Shown in pieces: positions 34,731 through 47,770 of a stretch of 64,000 bases of DNA; position 1 is the first letter of the stretch, and each line of letters opens with the position of its first letter. The notes below the pieces were generated by a model. The model had not been told where the DNA came from. It worked only from the letters and a program-made list of their open reading frames with translations, and made no database searches. A program made the position numbers and the translations under genes. The DNA comes from Antechinus flavipes (taxonomy: Eukaryota), in contig NC_067399.1 in assembly GCF_016432865.1 (NCBI RefSeq), positions 3,596,001 through 3,660,000 of the forward strand, read 5' to 3'.

Positions 34731-37139
34731 CGATGGGCTCGTTTTGGAAAGTGTTTTCTGAGCATTGTCAGCATCCGGCACGTGAGCAGAAAAAGGCAGA
34801 GCCTCGATCTGAAAGAACCTGGGGGACATTACCCCCCCCAAGGAAGGTCGGCTGTAAGGCAGGAGAGACCCTGAGGAGGGAGTTTGCCCTGGGAGGGGGG
34901 GTCAGGGTTTGGGGTGAGGCCTGTAGGAAATCTGAAGGCAGCAGCAGGGTCAAAGGCAAGAGCTCGAGACCCTCCATCCCCGGGGCAGGAATGGTGTTCC
35001 TAACTTGGATCACTGAAGGAACCATCAGAGGGAGCAGGCGGGGGAGGGGAGGTCTCCTCAGTAATAGGGGTCCAGGTGGGCCTTAGGGTGGGCTGGGGCT
35101 GGAGGAGGGAGGGAGGAGAGAAGAGAAGGGGAGAAGGGCCTGCTCAGGGCTGCTGGGTAATGTGATACAACATCCTAAGGCACATCAAGCATTTATTAAA
35201 TCTCGATTGTGTCCGTGGCCCTGTTGAGCTAGGATAACTCAGGAATAAGACACAATTCCTGCCCTGGGGGGTGAGTTGGGGGCCTAATAACGACTTTCAT
35301 GAGAAAGCTTGGTCTGAGAGCCCCCTCCTCAGGAAAACTTCAGCCCAGAGACTCGGGGGCCGAGGATGGCTGTCGGAGTAAGTAAACAGCTGGCCCAGGT
35401 TGCTCTGCTTGGCCCCAGACCAGGACCAGGAAAAATGGAGGAGTCTTCAGAGAAGCAGTGTGGAAAGGGGGTGATGCTCCTCCCTTCCCAGCCTCTCTCC
35501 AGAGGCTTTGCTGGCCCGGAGACCGAAGCCTCTTTCAGCTCTGATTCCCTGGGCCATCACTGTCCCAGCAGAGTCCCACGTCCCTGGAGCATGAAAGGAC
35601 CTGCTCCCGAGGCAGCTCATCCCTCCCCCCCAACAGTGGGCAGTTCTCACGCTTGGGACGGCCTTGCTGACCTCCGGCCTCCACGGGTCTCCTCCCTGCT
35701 CCTGCTCCTGTCTCTCAGAAGCCAAACAGAACAAGACCAAGGCTCAACAAGCATCCCCACTCTCTTTCCTTGATCCTCTGAGAACACAAACTCCACGCCT
35801 TGGGGTCCCGGCTGCCCTTCTCAGACACTGTCCAGGATGCTAAGCCATGGACCCAGAACTGACCTCGGCCGTCCAGATGGGGTCTGGCTAGGGCAGGGAA
35901 GTGAGGTCACCACTCGTTCCTGGGACCTCTTCCTGCCCTTCAGTCTCTTCTCTTGCTTCACCCCCACAAAACCAATTTCATATTCAGCCAGTCCCCCTAC
36001 CGCCCTGCTCTCCTTGACTTTCCCTCCTTTCATAGCCTTGATCTTGTGTCCAAACAGTTCAATCATCCACTGCCTGTGAGCCTGCCTCCCCCGGCCCCCA
36101 CCCCCTGCCTCCTCTCCGGGTGCTGCAAACCTCGGTGACAGCCAGACAGCATCGGGCCCTCACCCCTGCACGGCGACCCCGTATTCTTCCCCAGGTGCTG
36201 GAATACATTCTACCACAGGTAGAGCAGCTATCACCCCTTGACTGCCCATTAGAGATCATTTATTGGCAGCTGGGAAGCAGCTGAGCAGACAGGGTGCCAG
36301 ACCTGGAGTCGGCAAAGCCTGAGCTAGAATCCAGCCCCAGCGGCTCATGAGGTGGGTGGTCCCGGGGCAAATCACTTAAGGGATCAAAAGTAAAGTGGGG
36401 GTGCTCATGGCCCTTACTTCCCAAGGTTGTCCAGGCAGGCAAGAAAGACTGATTGAGCTTGTAAGCCCCACACTGTGCTAAGCCCTGAGGAGACAAACTT
36501 ACACCAAAAGAAAGACCGTCCCTGCCCTCAAGGAGCTTCCATTCTAATGAGGGGATAGCTGAGCAAGCAGAGAAGATGGGACGCCCCTTTTGGGAGGACC
36601 AGGGGGGTCACCAGGAGGGGAAACAAGAATAGACGTCCTGGAGCCCTGCCCCAAGAGGAGGCCCCTCTGGATGGAACTCACCAGTCGAAGAAAGGAAAAT
36701 GTTTCAGGGTGAGAAGGCAATTGAGTCATGAGATGAAGCCATTGTGGGGGAGTGAAGGATCCAAGGAAATGAGACATAAAGCACCACATGAATTGCCGCT
36801 AGTAGTACTGCTCCACCTTTTAAAACCCACAAAGGGCATCTTCATCCTCACTGACAAGTAGAAATCAGTTGCCCACAGCAGCTTTGTGGGGTAAATGACC
36901 TACCTCTCTCTCCTAGAGTTTATGAAAATCTTCCAGGCATCCCAGATATTGGGAGAGCAAATTATAAGGGTTTCAAGAGAAGAGCCAATGGGCTAAAAGT
37001 CTATGAAGGGATTGGGGAGAAATGGGAGAGGCTCAGAAATTCACTTCTCAGGACACACACAAAAAAACATTTTCAAAGAGGAAAAAGGAGTTGTCTAATG
37101 AGATTGATGTGGATGCACAGGGAACTCTCCAACTAGCCT

Positions 37140-37325
37140 ATTTTTTTTATTTCAATACTATTTTATTTTTCCAATGGCATATATAGTTTTCAACATTCAT
37201 TTTTGTAAGATTTTGAGTTCCATATTCTTTTTTCTCCCTCCCTTACTGCCCAAGACAGCAAGCCATCTGGTATAACTTATACTTGTATAACCATTTTAAA
37301 ACATATTTTCATATTAGTCACCTAA
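37140..37325 (-). mobile_element. L1 3' end
   Basis: 'ttttcaacattcatttttgtaagattttgagttcc...ctccctcccttactgcccaagacagc'. Confidence 0.85.
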
Positions 37326-37687
37326 CTAAAATTTTGAAAAGTTAATTATAGATGATAGAAGCAAGGACATGGAAAAGAAGATGACTTTAGGAGTGCAATC
37401 TGACCCTGTAAGAATTATGTCGGGATGTTAAAACTCAGAGGATGCTGAGGCTGGGAAGGAAATCTAAAGATAACAAAAAGGTCTTTTTAAAGGTGTTCTG
37501 GGAGAAAGAGGAAGACCAAAGCAGGAGCAGCTCTTCTACTTGAGATCAATCAGCTAATGGAGAAAAGGTTCAATTGTTTCTCACCAATCTTTAGGGGCTC
37601 TGCTGCTTATAGGCTAACCTGTAACAACCCTCAGGTTGATTTAAATATTAATAATAGCCCTTGGGCGAATTGTTTAACCTCTCTCCT

Positions 37688-37692
<5 letters not shown>

Positions 37693-37728
<36 letters not shown>
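37693..37728. repeat. (TG)18 microsatellite
   Basis: Directly visible. Confidence 0.98.
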
Positions 37729-37729
<1 letters not shown>

Positions 37730-38139
37730 TGTGTTTCCATAGAATGTAATGTCCTTGAGGACAGGGATTCTTATTTTTGAGTATGGATCCCCTGAACCTG
37801 CCATGAGTTCCTGTACACAGGAGGTGCTTAGTAAATGTTCATTTAATTAAAAGAAATGATTTCATTTGATTCTTTACGTTGCCATTTCTGCTTTTGTGGC
37901 TACTTTGGGAGAATGACCTTGACTCAGTGCTAAAAGGTCTTGAGTGGTGCTTGGACAGGCCTCTCAGCCTTGGGAAAGTGAAGGGTAGAGGAGAAGCATT
38001 CAATAAGTGCCTACTGTATGCTGGGCCTACTGTCCTCAGCACTTTACAAATATTATCTCCTCTGAAGTGGCAGCCAAGTGTCTGGCCACTTCCAGTGATG
38101 AGGAACATGCTACTTCACAAAAGATCCCACTCCATTTTT

Positions 38140-38310
38140 TCAAAAATTAAGAATCTTTTCTTTATTTCAAGTTAGAACCTGCCTCCCTGTGCTCCGCCCC
38201 TTCCCCACTGGTCCAGTTTAGCCCTCAGCAGTAAGGAGGAACAAGTCTAACCCCACTGTCCCCAAATGCCTTCAGATCTCTGGAGATGGCGGCCGTGCTA
38301 TCACTTGAGA
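38140..38310 (-). mobile_element. L3/CR1 3' fragment
   Basis: 'ctgcctccctgtg...ggtccagtttagccctc...gaacaagtctaacccc' resembles L3. Confidence 0.7.
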
Positions 38311-39099
38311 TCACGTGGCACACTGGGTGCAGCCCTGACTTTGCAGTCGGAGGACCTCCCTTTGGGTCTCAGTTTCCTCCTCTGTCACATGGTGGGGACT
38401 GGGTACTCTGCCTGTCTTCCTAGGTCCCTGCTTTGGTTTTCTCAGACTAACAAGCCAGCATACACTGCTGGGCTCGAGAGGGCAAATCCAGCTGTATATT
38501 TGTGAAGTCAAATCTTTCCCAGCTGTCTTGGACTTACCATGTCCCTCCGTCAGTCATCTGCTCAACACTCAGGCAAGGATGTCGGCCATTATGTCGTCAG
38601 GGACTCTGGGTATAGGCTGTCTTTGAACTCGTGACTGGGCTGCCAGAAAAGAAAAAGTCTTTCTTTTATCCACTGGCTATCTTTCAATTATACAGGCATT
38701 GTCAAGGAGGGAGGCTGCTGAAACAAAAGGGAGAAAAGAAAAAACCTTCTGTTTCACACCAAATAACATTTGTGCTCTCCTCAAGGAGAGGATGGCCGAG
38801 GTCCAGTGGGCCAGAGAAAAGCTCGTCCCAAGATCAAAGAGGAAACCCCATCCCCAGTCTCTCGTCCAAGCCCCTCGGTGGGCCCCCTCCCTTGCCCCAC
38901 CTTCCAGGCCACAGCCAGGTCCACTTTGGGAGCAAAGGGAAGATGGGGCCTCTCTTCAGACAGCCCATGGGAATGTCCCAGTCTCTGGAGAAGCCGTATA
39001 TAAATGAGCCAGTCAGAGTCTAAATCATTCTTTTTAAATGCTTATTGTTTAAGTTGTAAGGAAAGAGCTTTAAAGTGTCACATAAATCTGAATTATTAT

Positions 39100-42000
39100 C
39101 ATCAAATATTCCCCATGCCTTCCTCCCTCGCTCCAGCCTTCGTTGTCAACACCAGCCCCTCTCTTCGGGCCCTTGATCCCATTCCTTCCTGTCTCCTCCT
39201 GGAGCCTGCCCCTTTGATCATCCCCTCGCTCCCTCCGTTTCAGCCTTGCCGTATCCACTGGTTCCTTCCCTGCTGCCCAGGTCTCCCCCTTCCCAGCCCC
39301 AGGCTTAGGAAACTTCACATGACCCTACTCTTCTCGCCCTCTATTGTGCTCTCTCTCTCCTTCACAGACAAACTCCAAGGGGGAACATACCCCGCTGTCT
39401 GTCCCGAAGTCTCCACCTTCTCTGTTCCCACTGGCTTCTTGAGCCCTCAGAATCTGGTTTCCAAGGCCACTATGAAGCCGGTCCCTCAGAGGTGACCAGA
39501 TCTCTTTATAGCTAAAGCCAGTGGCCTGTTTTGGGCCCTCATCTCCTTGAGCCGTCTACGCCTTTGGCCCAATTACCCTCTCCGGTTCCAGACTTCATTG
39601 CATCCCCCTCCCTTTGGACCCTCCTCAGTGAGTCCAGTAATCATCTCTAAGCCCTTGCCTCCTCAGTCCATGTCCTGAGCTCCAGCGCCATAACTCACTG
39701 CTCTGCTGTTCTTGCCCATTGGACCAAGTCTCCAACTTTTTTGCAAAGATTTAAGGATCCCAATCACAGGCCTATGTTTTAGGCCTTCTCTTCCTCCCTT
39801 TTAGCTTTTCCAGGTTCAACCATAGTCTGTTTATAAATGCCTCCCAGATCCAGCCAGCCCCAGTCTCTCTCCTTAGCTCCAGCCATGATGTCCCGAAGGC
39901 ATCTCCAGCTCACCACATCCAAAGCAGTGCCATGTCTTCCCAGGACCCAGCATCCTCTGCCATCTCTATTCCAGTCATGGAATCCAGTCATGACCTCAGA
40001 TGGCTCCTGTCTCCCCTTTCTACCTCAGGCCCTCTCTCCTCCACACCTCAGCTGTCTTAGTTGTTAGACACATCACCTAGATCACACGTGGACAACTCCT
40101 GAAGAGGGCCATCTGATAGGTGTGGAATTGGGGAACATTTCACCAAATAAAGAAAAATTCATTGCAACAAGAGAAGGCTAATTTGTGGATTGGCCCTCAG
40201 GGATCTTGATACCACGGGTCTAGACCATTGAAGTTTCCTGTAGTCAATATTCCCCTCTGTAGTCTCTGGGGCCAAATTGATATAGCTAAAAGGCAAGGCT
40301 AGCTGTGGGTTGTCTTCCCTCCCTGCCAGCCTCCTGGAACTTCCAGCTCCCTTCAAGATCAGAATGTTCAAGAGGGCATTCTTGTTACTCCACAGATCTG
40401 TGCTCCACTCCAATCACTAGGTATTTCTTTTGTTAGCAAAGTGCTTGGCACAATGAGGGTCTAATAAATACTAGTTGACTGACCAAGTGATAATATTCAT
40501 CAAATAGGTATAAAAATAGCTTTGAAAATACCCTCCTGGGTCTGTACACTCAGATATGGAAGTGTCCTCTCCAGGGACACAGATCCTTAACCATCACTAT
40601 TGATGCAGGCAATGCGTCATTCCATGAGACTGGTCCACAGCTTTGCTACAATTCATGCCGAAGGCCTTTCTCGCTTTCTCTTCACCTCCCAAGGAAAGAG
40701 GTGCTTCAGCAGTCCCGCTGTCAGCCTCCATCCTTGGCATACCCACAGCTCACCTTATTTCCACTTCTACCTTTTTCAACTGATTTTCTTCCCACTGGAT
40801 CTTCCTCTAAGCCCCAAATTGGTGAAAGGCTACAGCCCAAATTCATCTTCAGTTCCTCAGAGACTCATATTCCAAATGCCTCATAGCCATAGGACAAGAC
40901 TTGGCATCCAAAAGATGGATCTTTGTTTCTGAACTCATTATCTTTCCCCCATTCCCCTTCCCACCTTCCCTACTCCTGTAGAGGGCATCCCCATTCTCCC
41001 AGTACCTTGGGCTTTCAACCTAGGAGTCATCCTGTACTTCTCACTCCTCAACCCTTCCATAACCAACATAGTGCCAAGGATTGTCAATTGCACCTCTCCC
41101 CTCTGCTACATCTCTGGTTAATTTCACCTTTGCAACATCTCTGGTTAATTTCACCTTTGCAACATCTCTGGTAGATTTCACTTTTACATCTCTGATTGAT
41201 TTCCTCTTTTTAACATCCATTATTTATTTCCCCCCTGCAACATCCTTGTTGATTTCCCCCCTGCAGCATCCTTGTTGATTTCCCCCCTGCAGCATCCTTG
41301 TTGATTTCCCCCCTGCAGCATCCTTGTTGATTTCCCCCCTGCAGCATCCTTGTTGATTTCCCCCCTGCAGCATCCTTGTTGATTTCCCCCCTGCAGCATC
41401 CTTGTTGATTTCCCCCCTGCAGCCTCCTTGTTGATTTCCCCCCTGCAGCCTCCTTGTTGATTTCCCCCCTGCAGCCTCCTTGCTGATTTCCCCCCTGCAG
41501 CATCCTTGTTGATTTCCCCCCTGCAGCATCCTTGTTGATTTCTCCCCTGCAGCATCCTTGTTGATTTCCCCCTGCAGCATCCTTGTTGATTTCTCCTCTG
41601 CAGCATCTCCAATATGGCCCCCTCTCTCCTCTGACACTGCTCTCACATTAATGCAGGTCCTTATCACCTTCATGCCTAAAGTATTGCAGTAACTGTGGAG
41701 AATCTTCCTGCCTCCAGTCTCTCCCTATTCCAATCCATCCTCCATTCAGGAACCAAAGTAATTTTCTTTAATGGCAGATCTGACCATATGACCTCCCCTA
41801 GCCAATAAACTCAATGGCTATCATCTACAGAATCAAATGCAACCTCCTCTGTTTGCCATTCAAAGCCCTTTAATATTTATCCCACTTCCACCTTTCCAGT
41901 CTCTTTATACCTTACTCTGACAGACACCCTGGAGACAGTGATCTCATCCTCCCGGCTGTTACATGAACGTGACCTTTCATCTCTTGATTGTGAAATTTCT

Positions 42001-42290
42001 CTGCCTGTCCCCCATGCCTGAAATGCTCCCCCTCTTCCCAAATGACTACTGACCTTCTTGGCTTCCTTCAAGTCTCACCTAAAATCCCACTTTCTGTAGG
42101 GAGTCTTCTCAATTCTTCAATTTGAATGCCTTGCCTCTGTTAATTATTTTCTATTTATATTGAACACAGTCTGCTTTGTATATTTTTGTTTGCATGTTGT
42201 CTCCCTCATTAGGCTGTAAGCTCCTTGAGGGCAGGGACTATATTTTGCCTCTTTTTGTATCCCCAGCACTTAACACAATGCCTGCCTCAT
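39100..42290 (+). mobile_element. Long fragmented L2 (with interruptions, including a 26-bp VNTR)
   Basis: Collinear L2 ORF2/3' text from 'tgatcccattccttcctgtctcc' to the tail 'gtaagctccttgagggcagggac...ccccagcacttaacacaatgcctg'. The interval 40070-40540 is not L2-like. Confidence 0.75.
41229..41605. repeat. 26-bp minisatellite, 15 copies (CCCCCCTGCAGCATCCTTGTTGATTT)
   Basis: CTGCA recurs every 26 bp from 41235 to 41598, with one 25-bp unit. Confidence 0.97.
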
Positions 42291-43699
42291 ATAACTTCCC
42301 TGGGCAGAGGAAAATTATACTGGAAAAATTATCTGGGGAATGAAATGATAGTAAGATGAACAACTTTGCCCATCATACCATCCCACTCCACTATGCTACA
42401 CCAATATCTTGATGGCACAGTGGGTATTTCGAAAGATGTGAGTTCAAATTTATCTTCAGACATTTACTAGCTCTGTGACCCTGGGCTAAGCTCTTAACTT
42501 ATTATTATCTCAAAATTTATATTTATATGTAGAAGAATCTTAGAGCTATATTGAAGAGAGAGATAGAGAACTTTGAGCCACCAGCCAAAGACAATGCTTT
42601 GGCAAAATACAAAAAAAGCTCAGTGTTAAATAGAGTCCTCCCTCTTCTTCAGAGCTCTCTCCTTTAAATTGCCTTCTAATTTGCAATAAGCACACCCTCA
42701 CTAGTAAAAGCCTATGTATAACATTGTGTAACAAGTGGCTTATAAAGACAAAGTAAATATTTGAAACAAAGAAAGGAAAACAGACTTTCCCTTTGCCTTG
42801 AAGGCAAAGCTTCTGGCTTTGTTGAAGTAGGATTGCTGCTGGGGCCTGTGCCTGGGGATGGGGAGAGGAGCTGTTCAGTCAAATGGCCTCTTCCGAACAC
42901 TGCCTATTCCTGTATGGCCCAACCGGACTTGTTCCCAGAGCCCTGTCTCTTTCCGGGAGGTGACTGCTCCTCCTTGTGTTCTCCCCAATTTTCTTGGCTT
43001 TCCTGGTCTCCCCTTCCCCTGCTCCATGCAGCCCTGCATAGCTGGGTGTCCTGAGGTCCTCCATCAGTCGCATCCTGCCATCCTTCATCCTATGGCTGCC
43101 TTGCTTCCTTGGCTCCCGGTGAAGTGACCCGGGAAGCTGGGGTTTTGTGTGCTAGCTCCTCAGCTTTCAGCCTGCTCCCTTCCAAAAGCAAATATGTTTG
43201 GGGGGTCAGGGTCCGGTGCCATAAAAGCGGATGGAGGTTACATGGAAACTCCTTCCTCCCAGATTTGGCCCAGATAACATCCTACTAGACAAGAAGTCAT
43301 TGAGAGGAAGCAGTTCCACACTTCTTTCAGATAACTTCGCCTCTCTGTGTGTCCGGAAGCCTCCTGATCGCTGACCCTCACCCCACATCTGATATGTCTG
43401 AAAAATCTCAAAGCCCCACACGTCCTTGGGAGGCAAATGCCACCGTGCTCTGGCCCTCATTTCACAGATGAGAATACTGAGGTTCCTAGTGGTCATTCTC
43501 TAGTCACACAGTTCGTATCTCATGTAGAATTCAAACCGAGATTCCCCCCACACACATCACCCCAGAATCCAAAGCCAATGAAATAATCAAAAGAGATGAT
43601 GTTTGTAAAACTCGTGGTACTATGTCCAGCATACAGTGAGTACTTAATGCTTGCACTTGCTTCCTAATGCCCAAACCTTGTCAAGAGGCAACAAGAGGG

Positions 43700-43920
43700 T
43701 GTCAGTGAGCACAGATCCTGGAGTAAGGAACACTTGAATGAAAAGTCAGCTTCAGATACTCCCTATCTGTGTAACCCTGGACGAATCGTTTTTTAATCTG
43801 TTTGCCTCAGTTTCCCTATCTGTAAAATGAGAATAGTAAGAGCACTTACCTCCCTGGTTGCTGGAAAGTTTAATACTTAACATAGTGTGTGATACAGTCA
43901 GTGCTTAATAAATGCTTATT
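43700..43920 (+). mobile_element. MIR
   Basis: 'gcctcagtttccctatctgtaaaatgagaatagtaagagcacttacctccc'. Confidence 0.8.
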
Positions 43921-46313
43921 CTCTCCCTCCCTCTTCCCTTGTATTCCACCACCCTGCTTCCTGCTTCTCTCAGAAAGTCCCTCCCCCATCTCTGGTTCCC
44001 TGTTTTCTCATGGAATGAGATTATCTCTACTCTGCTGGGAAGATCTCCATTTCTGCAAAACCTGCCCATGATGCCCCAAAACACCCGGTCTGGCCTTCCC
44101 TCTCCTTCCTATCACGATTATTTGTGTCTTTGTCCTCCCCCATTAAAGATGATGTTCTTGGAGGACCTCTCTCTATATCCTTGGGTTACAGCACTAGGTG
44201 AGCACTTAATATGTACTCAAGCACCGATTAACTGCCTACTGCATACGAAACAACCCTGTGCTAGGCACTGGGAGAGATAGAAAATTTGGATGAGACAAAT
44301 CCCTTGCCCTCACAATGCTTATAATGGAATAATAAGTGTTTGTTGAGCTGAATGGCTTCTCTAGGAGCTTTTTCTCTCCTTTTGCTTGATTCAATGCTCC
44401 CAATGTGGGGAAATGTTGGGAATCTGCCCAATTCAGGCCAACCTCATTCAACCCCACAAAGCCCTTACTGTGAGCTCGAGATCATAGGTGCGATTATCCC
44501 CATTTTACAGATGAGTGACTTGGCTGGTCCTGAGTTGGGATTAGAACTCGGGTCTGCTTCAGGCTCTCCCTCCTAGTCCATCTGAGGATGGGTTCATTGA
44601 ACAATCCTACTCTTCCCCGGCTTCTCTAACCCTGTCCTCAAGGTCGGAACTTGTCCCTCTCAAAGCCTGGGGATCTCCCTCCCAGGCTCCCAGACTGGGC
44701 TACTGCAGGAAGTGTGGAGAGGGAAGGGTGGAGTGAGAGTGGCCCGGAGGCTCCCGCCTGCCTCTGTCTGATCTGCCTCCTCCAGGAAGGTCTCCGGACC
44801 CAATTAGGGAAGGGGAACCAAGTGCAAATTCTGGCCTCTTCCTGACCTCAGTGCTTCATACTGACCTTGGAATCGTGGGAATCTGCATTGGACTCTCAAT
44901 TGTTCCACTTCCTGTGTAGACTTTTATGTCTTTTTGTACCCCCAGAACTAAACACAGTGTCTGGCATACAGTAGGTGCTAAACAAATGTTTACTGAATTG
45001 AAGTGACCTCAGTTCCCTCATTTGTAAATGAGGAGGTTGGTCTGGATGACCTGGGAAGTCCCTTCTAGTTTTTGTGTTGTTGGTTTTGGGAGAGAAGGGG
45101 TTACCCTCCAGTGCCTGGCCCAGAGCCAGCGGGCCAGAGTAAGCACCTCATAAATGCATGTGTTATATTCTAGACCAGGGCTCCCCGTGGCCGCTCGCCT
45201 GAGTGTTTGCCGGTACCCCTCCTCGGTGCCCCTTATGAACAAGTGACTGCAGAGGCTACACTGCCAGAATGGAGGCTGACCGCCCCCCCCCACTCGTCCC
45301 CACTGTTTGGTGTCAAGGACTCTTTTGAACAGGTCGTTGTCGTTCGATTTCAATTTCTAGTGAAACCCCTTGTTCCTGTCACAATCGTTCCGGCCATCGT
45401 CCCCGTGAGTCCTGCCTTGGAACAGAGAGGCAGAGAAATCCTGTGAGAAGCCAGCCCCTTTTCCTTGGGCACCATGATTTCTTCTCATTTCTCTAGTTTT
45501 AGAGGGAGCGTTGGAAGGGGCTTCATCTAATCAATGGAAGCCGCAGAAAATACATTATTTAATTATTTAACCAGCCCCTTAACTCCAAACCCAGTACCTT
45601 TCCTCCAAAATTCATCTTCATTTTGCTCTCCATTGGATATTTGCCTGTTTCTGGATTCTCCATTCAGTGCCTGGAACACAGTAGGTGCTTAATAAATGCC
45701 TGACTTGTTGATTGACCAGGCTGAATGAGTCAATTCTGGAATGATGCACGTAAAATGATCATTTCACTTTTTGCAATTTACTCTTCTTGGAGGTAATATT
45801 GATGACGTGGGCGTAGAGGGCTCCTGGCGGTCCACCCGCCTTGGCCCTCTCCAAACCCTTCCTCCTGAAATGCTTCCGGCCTTTTTGCCATCTGTCCCTC
45901 TGCCCCCGCTTCCCTGAAGTGGCTGAACATAAAAGCATAGGCTGAGCTCTTAGCCGAGGTTCTCTCCCTCTCTGTCCTCGGTAACAGATGTTGGTGCACG
46001 AGCTGCAGTGATTTTCATGGTGGTCTTTCTGCAAATATTTATCATGAACACTGCAATACGAGATGACCAAGTGTCCCATGAAATGATGTTTCTTGTTGCC
46101 TTTGGACGCGAGAGAAAGCCAGCTCCGCCAACTCCTTCATGTTCCTCTCCAAGTGGAACCTGTGAGCCATCCTTCCATTTAGCTACAAATTTCTCTTGTC
46201 TTCTGATTTTGTTTATAGTGTTAATGTCAAGAATGATATGATTCAGTTTTTCCATGAGGATATTCACCCGTTGGGCCCTGGACAAGAATCTCACATCGAG
46301 CTGAGTTACTGTT

Positions 46314-46380
46314 GAGATGGGGTCTGCCATCTGTGAGGTGAGATGGGGTCTGATCTCTGTGAGGTGAGATGGGTCTGTGT
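46314..46380. repeat. 26-bp tandem repeat, about 2.5 copies
   Basis: gagatggggtctg units at 46314, 46340 and 46366. Confidence 0.85.
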
Positions 46381-47499
46381 GGGAGGGTCTGTGACCTTTC
46401 TGCCCCCTTTCTCACACCACGGAGCAGAAGGGGGTACGTAGGTCCGAGGTTCTTTGCACATTTCTCTTTATTTATTGCCAAGTAGCTGGCAAGGATCCTC
46501 CCTATTCTTAGAAAGGCTGGCTTTTAGAAAGGGGAAACCGTTGGCTACTGGGGCCGTACAAGAAGCTCCCCCAACATGGTAGGACTGTAATTACCTCTGA
46601 ACCCAGGGCCACCTCCCATTACCCGGAGGTATCGAAGGCAGATTTGAGAGAAAGCTTTGTCATTTTTTCATGAAAATGCAATAGAAATAGCTGTTGATTA
46701 CATAGATGTAAATTTGCAAAGTGCTTGATTAAAGCCTCCCAACAGTCCCTGGGATGGGATGGATCCTTCAGGTATCTTGGAAAAGTGGAAGATTGATCCC
46801 AGGTGAAGAAGGAAAAATATTGAGGCAGAAAATTGAGGGAAAGGGAGGTGATGAGGTCGGGTCAAGAAGGCATAAAAGGCAGATAAATGCAACTGGTGTG
46901 AACAGGCAAGAATTGAATAAGAAAAAGGGAAGGGAGATATTTGTGGTTGTCACGGGAATCAGAGGCGCAAACCTGTAAAGGGGAGAGGACAAAGGGCTCC
47001 CAAAGTCGGGGGGACATCTGACCAGTACAAATCTCAGTAGACAAAGTGGGAAGTGGCTGGCCACTCCTACCCCACTTGCTGGCCTTTCCCCCCACCAGAA
47101 GTCAAGAAGAGCTCCAGGACCGAGGGACCACAAAGAACTTCTTGGAGACCCCAAAGGAAGCCTTCAGTATAAAAGGTGAAGGGAATGAGCCTCTCAAGAG
47201 TCCTAGAGAAATCCCACCCGGCTCTGAAAACTCAGGAGTGGAAGAACATCCCCCAGGGAAGGAAGGGAGGAGGAGCAACCAATGACTCCTTGTAAGAAAC
47301 AAAACGAAGGCTGTTTCTGAGCTGGGAGATCTCCGTGCCCTAAGGAAGCAGCATCTGTCTTCTAAGCAATGAGGGGTACGATCATAGGAGCTGTTTTGTG
47401 ACAGACCAACCAGGAAGGAGAGAAGGACTGTGGTTGCCGTCTGATGGCCTCAGAATAACTCTGGAGAGCTCCACAAGGCTACAGATACAAGATGTTAAA

Positions 47500-47770
47500 A
47501 TAATAATCATAATAACAATAGTAATAACAGCTAGCATCTATATAGTGCTCACTGTGTGCCAGATTGTGTACCGAGCTCTTTACAAATATTCTCTCATTCG
47601 ATCTTCCCAACAATCCTTCGAGGTAAGTGATGCATTATCCCCACTTTACAAATGAAGAAACTGAGGCAGAAAGAGCTTAAAAAGCTAATAAATATTAGAG
47701 ATTAGATTTGAAACCAGAGCTTTCTGACTGAAGAATTGGCCTTCTATGCACAGTACTATCTAACTGCCCT
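47500..47770 (-). mobile_element. MIR (near full length)
   Basis: 'ataacagctagcatctatatagtgct...ttacaaatgaagaaactgaggcag...atttgaaaccagagc'. Confidence 0.85.

Noticed and set aside
41210-41673. ORFs of 97-149 aa with repeated KSTRMLQGGNQQGCCRGEINKDAAG
   Set aside because: Translation of a 26-bp minisatellite cycling through all three frames.
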